Below are positions 14,494 to 22,325 of a stretch of 57,955 nucleotides of DNA, one piece after another; position 1 is the first letter of the stretch; each line of letters opens with the position of its first letter. A model generated the notes under the pieces. It was not told the origin of the DNA. It did no database searches and worked only from the letters and a program-made list of their open reading frames with translations. Both the position numbers and the translations under genes were made by a program. The stretch is from Burkholderiaceae bacterium (GTDB lineage: Bacteria; Pseudomonadota; Gammaproteobacteria; Burkholderiales; Burkholderiaceae_C): contig JAITMV010000259.1 in assembly GCA_031277295.1 (NCBI GenBank), positions 1 to 57,955 on the forward strand, read 5' to 3'.

Positions 14494-15407
14494 TATCGAA
14501 AGCTCACGCTGACCGGCTGGAAGTTGGCTATGCCGTCATAGTGCACCGTGATTTTCTGGCCCGGCTTGGGCGGCAGCAGGGCCGAAAACGATCCCAGACT
14601 GACGAGTTGCCCCGGCCGCAGTGATAGTCCTTCGACCTGGAGCGTTCGCGCCAGCCAAGTTACCGCATTCAAAGGATGGCCGAGCACGTCTGACCCCGTG
14701 CCGTCGCCAAGCTGCGTGCCTTGCTCGTCAACCAGACGCACTTTCATGTCGCGCAGTTGCTCCAGCAGCGTAGCTTGAGCGTCGGCGTCGGCGGGCACGG
14801 ACACCGGCACTCCCCGCACGCCCAGGCGCGCGCCGACGTTGATGGCGCTGATGCCCACGCCGTTGAGCGCAGTGGGTGTTTGCACCATCAAGTCGGGCAA
14901 TTCGATAAAGGGGATGATCTCATCCACGTTGGCCAGCACCTCCGCTGGCGTTCTGGCGCGGTTGATGGCGTCGTCTTTCACGCGCACCAGCAAGTCCGCC
15001 TCGAGCAACGGGTGCGCGCCGAAGGCAGCATCTACCGTGGCACCGCTCGTCAGCAGCATGCCGTCGTACAACGCGCCCCATACCGGGCGGTCGGTGTAGA
15101 AGCGTTTTTGCACCTCCGGGTTGGTCAATCCAACCTTGTAGCCTGCCAGCCGGCCCGCCTGTCCGGATAGCCGTTGCAATAGCTTGGCGCGGGTGCAACG
15201 GGCATCGGGCATCGTCATCGTCTCGGGCATGTCGGCGGCGGGACTGCGGGCGTTGATGTCGGCCAGCAGGCGGTCGACGTCAATGTCGCTCAGGCAGCCC
15301 GGCGTTTGCACCGCCGTTGGGGCGGAGACGCTGGCGCAGCCGGCCAGAAAAGCCAGCGCGGCGCAAGCGCAGGCTAGGCGCATGGAATGAAAACGGGAGT
15401 GAAACAT
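14493..15407 (-). CDS. 2-keto-4-pentenoate hydratase / FAH-superfamily protein with lipoprotein signal
   Basis: GYKVGLTN, LGHPLNAVTWL and VSLGSF motifs; FLAGC lipobox; start uncertain (15383-15422). Confidence 0.85.
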   Translation of the reverse strand: MFHSRFHSMRLACACAALAFLAGCASVSAPTAVQTPGCLSDIDVDRLLADINARSPAADMPETMTMPDARCTRAKLLQRLSGQAGRLAGYKVGLTNPEVQKRFYTDRPVWGALYDGMLLTSGATVDAAFGAHPLLEADLLVRVKDDAINRARTPAEVLANVDEIIPFIELPDLMVQTPTALNGVGISAINVGARLGVRGVPVSVPADADAQATLLEQLRDMKVRLVDEQGTQLGDGTGSDVLGHPLNAVTWLARTLQVEGLSLRPGQLVSLGSFSALLPPKPGQKITVHYDGIANFQPVSVSFR

Positions 15408-15478
15408 GAGTGACGTAGGCAAGACAATCTCCTTGGTCAAATGAAGAATAATCGGCTCATCGTACCGGAATCTCAATC

Positions 15479-16615
15479 ATGGCTCTGATTCAATACTTGA
15501 CCCAGATCGAATTCGACTTCGGCGCCGTTGCGCAGTTGGGCGCTCACTGCGACCGCGTTGGCATCGCCCGGCCACTCATTGTCACCGACATCGGTGTGCG
15601 CGCGGCTGGTTTGCTGACGACGGTTGTTGATGCGCTGGACGGCAAGACACACGCAGTGTTTGACGGTACGCCCTCCAACCCCACCGAGGCCGCGGTGCGT
15701 GCCGCCACCGATGCGTACCGGGCGGGCCGGTGCGACGGCCTGATTGCCTTAGGCGGCGGCAGCGCCATAGACTGCGCCAAAGGTGTCGCCATCGCGGCTA
15801 CGCACCCTGGCCCGCTGAAAACCTACGCCACTATCGAGGGCGGTTCGTCCAAAATCACCGACCGCGTCAGCCCGCTGATCGCCATCCCCACCACCGCTGG
15901 TACCGGCAGCGAGGTGGCGCGCGGCTCCATTTTGATCGTCGATGACGGGCGCAAGCTCGGCTTTCACAGTTGGTTCCTGTGCCCCAAGGCTGCCATTTGC
16001 GATCCCGCGCTTACTCTCGGCCTACCGCCGCGCCTGACGGCCGCTACCGGCATGGACGCCATCGCTCACTGCATGGAAACCTTCATGGCGCCGGCCTTCA
16101 ACCCGCCTGCCGACGGTATCGCGCTGGAAGGGTTGAGGCGTGGCTGGGCGCACATCGAGCGCGCCACGCAAGACGGCGGCGACCACGACGCGCGCCTGAA
16201 CATGATGGCCGCTAGCATGCATGGCGCGATGGCGTTCCAAAAGGGACTCGGCTGCGTCCACAGTTTGAGTCATAGCCTGGGCGGGCTCGACCCGCGCACC
16301 CACCACGGCACGTTGAACGCTATCTTTTTGCCCGCCGTGATTCGTTTCAACGCTGGAGCCGACAGCGTGCAAAAAGAACAGCGTCTGGCCCGTATGGCGC
16401 AAGCGATGGGCTTGGATGCAGATGCCGACGTGAGCGCCGCTGTTCGGTCGATGACCGCTCGCCTGGGCTTACCCACTGGCCTGCATGAATTGGGCGTGAC
16501 CGAAGCGATGTTGGACAAAATCATTCACCACGCCATGCTCGACCATTGCCACGCCACCAACCCGCGCATCGCCACGGCGGATGATTACCGGCACATGCTG
16601 ACAGAGTCAATGTAG
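15479..16615 (+). CDS. Iron-containing alcohol dehydrogenase
   Basis: GGGSAID, PTTAGTGSE, GMDAIAH, VHSLSH and HHG motifs. Confidence 0.95.
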   Translation: MALIQYLTQIEFDFGAVAQLGAHCDRVGIARPLIVTDIGVRAAGLLTTVVDALDGKTHAVFDGTPSNPTEAAVRAATDAYRAGRCDGLIALGGGSAIDCAKGVAIAATHPGPLKTYATIEGGSSKITDRVSPLIAIPTTAGTGSEVARGSILIVDDGRKLGFHSWFLCPKAAICDPALTLGLPPRLTAATGMDAIAHCMETFMAPAFNPPADGIALEGLRRGWAHIERATQDGGDHDARLNMMAASMHGAMAFQKGLGCVHSLSHSLGGLDPRTHHGTLNAIFLPAVIRFNAGADSVQKEQRLARMAQAMGLDADADVSAAVRSMTARLGLPTGLHELGVTEAMLDKIIHHAMLDHCHATNPRIATADDYRHMLTESM

Positions 16616-16651
16616 CAAAAGGCGTGATCGGATACTCTCCCGATCCGGTGC

Positions 16652-17404
16652 TTATCTGCCGCCGAAACGCCCCCGGCAGCCCTGGCTGACCCAGATGTCG
16701 CCGTCGCGGGTCTGGCCCCAGCTTCTGCCTTCGCGGCAAGTGGCGCTGGATATCTGCTCCAACAGACGCGGGCGGCCTTGGCGGGCGTTCCACGGGCAGG
16801 TCACGGTGCGCTGGTCTTCGCTGGCGCAGATGATGCTGCCGCCCCAGCCGCCACCGCTCCAAGCGCCGCCAAAGGCGGAAAACTCTGCCCGACAGCCGTT
16901 GTTGACCCACACTCTATCGTCGCGCACGCCCCAGGTTCGGCCCTGGATACAGTCGGCGCTGGACAATTGGCGCACCAGTTCAATGCGTGCGCGGCCGGGC
17001 ATGCGGCATTCGCGGTAACGGCCGTTGTCGCTTTCGCAGCGCACCAGTTGGCCGCTGCCGACGCCACCTGGCCTAACAGGGGCGCCGGGTCGGCTGGGGG
17101 CGCCGCCGCCCGCGCTGGCGGCCTCGGCAAAACGCGCCCGGCAGCCGCCTTGCACCCAGACACTGCCGCGACCGTTGTCGCCCCAGTTGCGGCCTTGTAG
17201 ACAGCGGGTGTCGGAAATGTTTTCAACCAGCACGGCGGGGCCGCGAAAGCGGGTGGGGCATTCGCGGTATTTCTTATCATGGCTTTCGCACACGATGGTG
17301 TGCCCATCCCTGGGCGGCGACGCAAAGCCGCCCGGTTGCGCCTGGGCCAGCGGCAACATCAGCATGGCGGAAACAAAAAACAAGACAATGGACGGGTTGC
17401 GCAT
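16652..17404 (-). CDS. DUF3011-like secreted Cys-repeat protein
   Basis: Signal peptide; three CES...C...C.QGR.WG...WV..GCR repeats. Confidence 0.8.
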   Translation of the reverse strand: MRNPSIVLFFVSAMLMLPLAQAQPGGFASPPRDGHTIVCESHDKKYRECPTRFRGPAVLVENISDTRCLQGRNWGDNGRGSVWVQGGCRARFAEAASAGGGAPSRPGAPVRPGGVGSGQLVRCESDNGRYRECRMPGRARIELVRQLSSADCIQGRTWGVRDDRVWVNNGCRAEFSAFGGAWSGGGWGGSIICASEDQRTVTCPWNARQGRPRLLEQISSATCREGRSWGQTRDGDIWVSQGCRGRFGGR

Positions 17405-17482
17405 GATGGGTCGCTTTCTGATCGAGTGGTGGAGCGCACGGACGCATCCGCACGGCCATGTGCATGTTACCGTGTTGGCTCA

Positions 17483-17649
17483 GAGCCTGTGAAAGAATCC
17501 GGTGTGTGCAGAGCTAAGTCGCTTGTAACGTGTCCGATTCTCCAGCGCAAAGCGCAGCAATACCTCGTGGTATTGCGAGCGTTTGCTTGCAACGGCTGGG
17601 CGTGTTGCGGGCGGCATGATCGGGCTTTAGGCGGTTTTTTCACAGGTTC
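17483..17649. mobile_element. 167-bp MITE related to 682-840
   Basis: Ends GAGCCTGTGAAA / TTTCACAGGTTC; TCA duplicated at 17480-17482 and 17650-17652. Confidence 0.7.
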
Positions 17650-17785
17650 TCAGGGTGTGAATAAATTCGGCGCATTTCGAGTAAGCACCCTGCCCGATCC
17701 CCCGAAGGGCATGGGTATCTGCGTCTTCCGTTGTCGTGGCGTTTGGCGTCAACGAGGACGCATGAAATCGGCGCAGCCTTACCTT

Positions 17786-17824
17786 CGTCATTTCCGTGAA
17801 GGCGGGAGCTATGCGGGAATGACG
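17786..17824. repeat. Degenerate REP doublet
   Basis: CGTCATTTCCGTGAAGGCGGGAG...GCGGGAATGACG. Confidence 0.6.
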
Positions 17825-17958
17825 ATGGAAAGAGCGGGACTGAAAACAACGGAAGATGTGCAGATACCCGCGTCCAAAAGGGGGACGGGGTTGAAAATCA
17901 GCGTTTCATGCGTCGCAGACGGCGCGTGAGCGCTATGGAAAACCAGGTTTGACCCTTC

Positions 17959-19926
17959 ATGATCTCGCTGCAAAACGTTACTCTGCGCCGCGGCGCCAAA
18001 GTGTTGCTCGATGCCGCCAGCGTTGCCATTCATCCCGGCGAAAAGGTGGGATTGGTAGGCCGTAACGGCGCTGGCAAATCAACTTTATTCGCGTTGCTGA
18101 ACGGTTCGCTGCATGAGGACGGCGGCGACTTTTCCATTCCCGCCGGTTGGCGTATTGCGCAGGTGGAGCAGCATTTGCCCGAGACCGCCGCGTCGGCTGC
18201 CGACTTCGTGCTGGCGGGTGATTCGTGCTTGAGCGTTTTACGCGAGCAGCTATCAAAAGCAGAGCAAACCGGCGACGGTCTGGCCATCGCCCACGCGCAC
18301 GCCGATTTGGCCGATGCTGGCGCACATGACGCGCACGCGCGCGCCGAGGCGTTAATCCTGGGCCTGGGCTTTACGCCCGAACAACTGAGCCAGCCGGTGG
18401 ACAGCTTTTCCGGCGGCTGGCGTATGCGGCTGCAACTGGCGCGCGCGCTGATGGCGCCGAGCGACTTGCTGCTGCTCGATGAGCCGACCAACCACCTCGA
18501 TCTGGACGCGCTGGTGTGGCTGGAAGGATGGCTGACCCGTTATCCCGGCACGCTGATCGTCATCAGCCACGACCGCGATTTCCTCGATGCCGTCACGCGC
18601 ATCACCCTGCTCATTGAAAACGGCCGCTTGACTCGCTACGGCGGCAACTACAGCGCCTTCGAGGAGCTGCGCGCCGCTCAACTGACGCAGCAGCAGGCGG
18701 CTTACGCCCGGCAGCAAGACAAGATCGCGCACTTGCAAAAGTTCATCGACCGTTTCAAGGCCAAGGCTACCAAGGCGCGGCAGGCGCAAAGCCGCGTCAA
18801 GGCACTGGAGCGCATGGAAAAGATTGCTCCCGTACTGGCCGACGCTGAGTTTCAGTTCGAGTTCAGGCCGCCGACCGGCCTGCCCGATCCGATGCTTGCC
18901 ATTCAGGATGGGCGTTTCGGCTACCGGCTGCAAGGCGGCGGTGACAAAACCATCCTGAGCGGCGTCGAATGCGTCGTGCGCGCCGGCCAGCGCATCGGTA
19001 TCCTGGGCGCCAATGGACAAGGCAAGTCCACTTTCGTCAAGACCGTGGCGCGCACGCTGACGTTGTTGCAAGGCCGCCTGACCGAGGGCAAGGGTCTGAG
19101 CATCGGCTACTTCGCGCAGCAAGAGCTGGACGTGCTGCATCCCGGCAGCACGCCATTGGAGCACATGGTGCGCTTAGCGCGCGCCGTCGGCTTGGCCGAT
19201 TCCGAGGCCGCGCGCGAACAGCAGTTGCGCAACTTTCTCGGCATGTTCCATTTTCCCGGCGACATGGCCGGCCAACCCGTGGGGCAGTTCAGCGGCGGCG
19301 AAAAGGCGCGGCTGGTGCTGGCCATGATCGTGTGGCAGCGTCCCAACCTGCTGCTGCTTGATGAGCCGACCAACCACCTCGATTTGGCCACTCGCCAGGC
19401 GTTGGCCGTGGCGCTGAACGAGTTCGAAGGCAGCCTCATGCTCGTCAGCCACGACCGCGCGCTGCTACGCAGCGTGTGCGACGAATTCTGGCTGGTCGCT
19501 CAAGGCCGCGTTACGCCGTTCGACGGTGATTTGCAGGACTACCAGCGCTACCTGATCGAGCAGTCCCGCCGCTCACGCGAAGCTTTGCTGCAAACCGCCG
19601 CTGCCGCGACGGATTCAAAATCTGCGCTCAACCCCGCCGAACAGCGCCGCCAGCACGCTCAGCGCCGTCAGCAATTGGCCGAACGTACCCGCCCGTTGCG
19701 CCGCGCCTTGGAGCAGGCTGAGCGCCGTATGCAGCAACTCGGCGATGAGCGCACCGCGCTGGAGCGGCACCTAAGCGCGCCTTTGCAGCCGGCCGACATC
19801 GCACAAACCGGGCGGCGCCTGAAGACGCTGGGCGACGAACTGGCGGCGCTGGAAGATGAGTGGCTACGCTTGTCAGGCGAGATTGAAACTCTGGAGCATG
19901 AAGCGGCGCGCGATAAATGCGCCTGA
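17959..19926 (+). CDS. ABC-F family ATPase (YheS-like); last 9 residues encoded by the prophage end
   Basis: Two ABC domains (GRNGAGKS/FSGGW/LLDEPTNHLD and GANGQGKS/FSGGE); native tail found at 57834-57864. Confidence 0.93.
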   Translation: MISLQNVTLRRGAKVLLDAASVAIHPGEKVGLVGRNGAGKSTLFALLNGSLHEDGGDFSIPAGWRIAQVEQHLPETAASAADFVLAGDSCLSVLREQLSKAEQTGDGLAIAHAHADLADAGAHDAHARAEALILGLGFTPEQLSQPVDSFSGGWRMRLQLARALMAPSDLLLLDEPTNHLDLDALVWLEGWLTRYPGTLIVISHDRDFLDAVTRITLLIENGRLTRYGGNYSAFEELRAAQLTQQQAAYARQQDKIAHLQKFIDRFKAKATKARQAQSRVKALERMEKIAPVLADAEFQFEFRPPTGLPDPMLAIQDGRFGYRLQGGGDKTILSGVECVVRAGQRIGILGANGQGKSTFVKTVARTLTLLQGRLTEGKGLSIGYFAQQELDVLHPGSTPLEHMVRLARAVGLADSEAAREQQLRNFLGMFHFPGDMAGQPVGQFSGGEKARLVLAMIVWQRPNLLLLDEPTNHLDLATRQALAVALNEFEGSLMLVSHDRALLRSVCDEFWLVAQGRVTPFDGDLQDYQRYLIEQSRRSREALLQTAAAATDSKSALNPAEQRRQHAQRRQQLAERTRPLRRALEQAERRMQQLGDERTALERHLSAPLQPADIAQTGRRLKTLGDELAALEDEWLRLSGEIETLEHEAARDKCA

Positions 19927-19941
19927 TTTTGCGCGATAAAT
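19899..19941. repeat. Prophage end, putative transposase-binding sites
   Basis: TGAA-N8-CGATAA terminus; GCGCGATAAAT at 19908-19918 and 19931-19941. Confidence 0.85.
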
Positions 19942-19995
19942 GGCGCTATTTTCCGTTTCAGCGACGGCAAAGGAATTGCATCTGCGGAAACGCAG

Positions 19996-20847
19996 TCATC
20001 GCGGGCTGGTCAGTTTCGCGGCTCGCGGGGATAACCAGAGGGCCTCGGTGCGGGGCTTGAGGCTGCCGGCGGCGTAGTGTGTGCGCTCGACACGGTGCCA
20101 GCATTTTAGCTTGCTGTCGTATAGGGTCGATGGGTAGCCGGCCAGTACCACCAAGCCCCTGACTTCCATCAAGCGATCCAGTAAGGCCAGGTGCGCCGGC
20201 TCGTCGAGTTCGCGGCGGTAGCCTGACTTGGAGCGCGTCGATGGAACGTAGGGCGGGTCTACGAAAAACAGGGTGCCTGGGCTATCCTGGGCGCGGATGA
20301 CGTCGACGGCATCGCGGCACTCGATGACCACGCCGGAGAGACGGCGGCACACAGCGGCCAGGCAGCGCGGATAGGTGGCCCACTCGTGCGCTTTGCAGTG
20401 GCCGCCCTTGCGGTGGCGGGCGTCGGCGAATGTGGCCTTTCGCATGTTGAAGAGCGCCTCGTGATGGAAGGACTGGTAAGCCCGCGTGATGGCGCGCTGG
20501 GCGCGGATGATGGGATCGCGGCTGGGTTGGAAGGCGCGCTCGAATTCGCGTCTTGCGTAGGGCGTGCGGCGCAGGCGGCGCATCAGTGCGCGACAGGTCT
20601 CGGGGTCTTGCACGGTGCGGAAGATGGACACGATCTCGTCGTCGAGGTCGTTGTAAATCTCGATCTTGCTGCGGGGTTTGCGTAGCAGGACGCTGGCGGC
20701 GCCGCCGAAAGGCTCGACGTAGACACGGTGCGGCGGGAAATGGGATATGACCCAGGGCGCGATGGCCCATTTGCCGCCGAAGTATCTGAGCAGCGCGCGG
20801 CGGGGTGCGTCATGGGGTTGAGGTGGGCTGAGTCGAGATTGGGTCAT
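19996..20847 (-). CDS. DNA adenine methyltransferase (D12/Dam class)
   Basis: LRYFGGK, YVEPFGG, IYNDLD and FFVDPPY motifs. Confidence 0.92.
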   Translation of the reverse strand: MTQSRLSPPQPHDAPRRALLRYFGGKWAIAPWVISHFPPHRVYVEPFGGAASVLLRKPRSKIEIYNDLDDEIVSIFRTVQDPETCRALMRRLRRTPYARREFERAFQPSRDPIIRAQRAITRAYQSFHHEALFNMRKATFADARHRKGGHCKAHEWATYPRCLAAVCRRLSGVVIECRDAVDVIRAQDSPGTLFFVDPPYVPSTRSKSGYRRELDEPAHLALLDRLMEVRGLVVLAGYPSTLYDSKLKCWHRVERTHYAAGSLKPRTEALWLSPRAAKLTSPR

Positions 20848-21007
20848 GGTTGCTCTCCGGGATGGGCGCTCCATGACGCTCTGGGGTTGGGTGGCTCGTG
20901 GCCCGTAACTGGTTGATGGTTCTGCAGCGCGGGCATTTGATGGCAAGACTGGTGTAGTCGCCTTCGCCAAGTTTGCGACCGCACTGGCCGCAGCGTATTT
21001 CTTGCAT
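20810..21007 (-). CDS. com: Com-family zinc-finger translational regulator
   Basis: IRCGQCGRKL...IKCPRCRTIN; overlaps the downstream methylase start, as Mu com overlaps mom. Confidence 0.9.
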   Translation of the reverse strand: MQEIRCGQCGRKLGEGDYTSLAIKCPRCRTINQLRATSHPTPERHGAPIPESNHDPISTQPTSTP

Positions 21008-21052
21008 TGCAAACCTTTTTCAGTTTTGGTAATTACTGATAGGCTTGACCCT

Positions 21053-21155
21053 GCCTGTGCACAGGTGGCGGGCCTTGCCGGGCTTGCAGGCTTGCTCTGC
21101 ATGTTCGGGGTTCCGGCCGATGCACCAACATCGGGTGGGGTCGCCCGTCTTTTTT
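21053..21155 (+). ncRNA. Candidate structured small RNA divergent from com
   Basis: Extended -10 TGATAGGCT (21037-21045), several hairpins, closing stem and T6 run. Confidence 0.4.
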
Positions 21156-21162
21156 GCGTAAG

Positions 21163-21993
21163 TTAAGTCAGTCCAACTCCTGTGAGCACCCATACGAGTC
21201 CGCTCGTGGCGGATGCTGATGTCTGGGCGCGCCGCAATTCAGCCTGCCCCCACGGGGCTAGGGTGCGCGTACCTGCAAGGCCCACGCCGCCCGAGTGCCA
21301 CATGATTTCGTCGGCGGTCGCGCCGGTGTCCAGGCTGATAGTGATAGGCGCGGCGCCGACATTGGTAATGCGCACGAGCGCGCCAGGCGGGAAGACGCCC
21401 GGCTGCCCGCGCGGTATGACAACATCGGCAGTGGTATCGATGCCCTTTGCGTTGTCTGCGGCGGCCAGTGTGTAGGGCGTGCTCTTATAGATCGGGACGA
21501 ACCCGACAGAGTCGGTCAACAATTTTTGGTGAACGTAAGTCGCTGTGCTCGTTCCAAGTCCAGAAGCCCACAGTACGTTGGTCAAGTCGATGGAGAGGGG
21601 CCGGGATAAATCGAGTGTGATGTAACTGTCCAATTTTTCGACGAACCGAATTGCCGACTCCACCCCGGCTCGGAGGAAGTAGGCGGTACCCTGGCTAGTA
21701 ACGACCTGCTGAAAACCCTCGAATCGCCGCAGTGTTTTGGCCGGGCCGCCGTTGACTGACAGTGTTGCGCTACTAAAAGTTGAATCTACATGCGGGCGGA
21801 TCATGAACTCCGTCCCGCTAGCCATCGAATCCAGCTCTGGGGCGTAAACAGTAAAGGCGCTTCCCGTGCCGCCCGTAATGTAGGGGCCGAGGAGGCGGCC
21901 CGGCGGCCCTGGTTGACCCGCCAAGCCAGGAACGCCGATGACGGTAACGGCGTTGGTTGTGCGCTCGTGTGTGATGACGGTCTGTGTGCTCAT
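21163..21993 (-). CDS. Putative tail fibre / receptor-binding accessory protein
   Basis: Last tail-operon gene; short collagen-like GVPGLAGQPGPPG; TLSVNGGPAK motif; beta-rich C-terminus. Confidence 0.6.
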   Translation of the reverse strand: MSTQTVITHERTTNAVTVIGVPGLAGQPGPPGRLLGPYITGGTGSAFTVYAPELDSMASGTEFMIRPHVDSTFSSATLSVNGGPAKTLRRFEGFQQVVTSQGTAYFLRAGVESAIRFVEKLDSYITLDLSRPLSIDLTNVLWASGLGTSTATYVHQKLLTDSVGFVPIYKSTPYTLAAADNAKGIDTTADVVIPRGQPGVFPPGALVRITNVGAAPITISLDTGATADEIMWHSGGVGLAGTRTLAPWGQAELRRAQTSASATSGLVWVLTGVGLT

Positions 21994-22325
21994 GGCGTTG
22001 TTGGCGTAGTGATTGATCTGCCGACGTGCACCCGGAAGGTGTGTGTGTGCATGACACGCCCGGTGGCGTCTCGGTAGCGGATGTCGCCGTCCAGGCTTCC
22101 GGTGGGCCATGCTGCGGTTTCGGCCGACGTGGCGTCGAGTTGGTAGCGGCCTTGGGTGATGTCGGCGGGCGTTACCGTGAGCGCGGCTATCTTGCGGCCA
22201 GCGCGGTCGCGTAGCCAGCAGTCGATCTGCCAGCCGCCTATCGGCAGTGGTGTGCCGTCAGTGCGCAGCTCGCATTGCAGCGTCAAGGTGTCGCCCCGCT
22301 TGATGTTGATGATCGGATCGGTCAC
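21990..22325 (-). CDS. Small tail-tip/baseplate adaptor-like protein
   Basis: IKRGDT N-terminus; 4-nt overlaps with both neighbours. Confidence 0.65.
   Translation of the reverse strand: MTDPIINIKRGDTLTLQCELRTDGTPLPIGGWQIDCWLRDRAGRKIAALTVTPADITQGRYQLDATSAETAAWPTGSLDGDIRYRDATGRVMHTHTFRVHVGRSITTPTTP

Noticed and set aside
19881-19890. GATTGAAACT also present at 57846-57855 as an att core
   Set aside because: Both copies lie outside the TG...CA ends and belong to the native ABC-F tail (IET twice).
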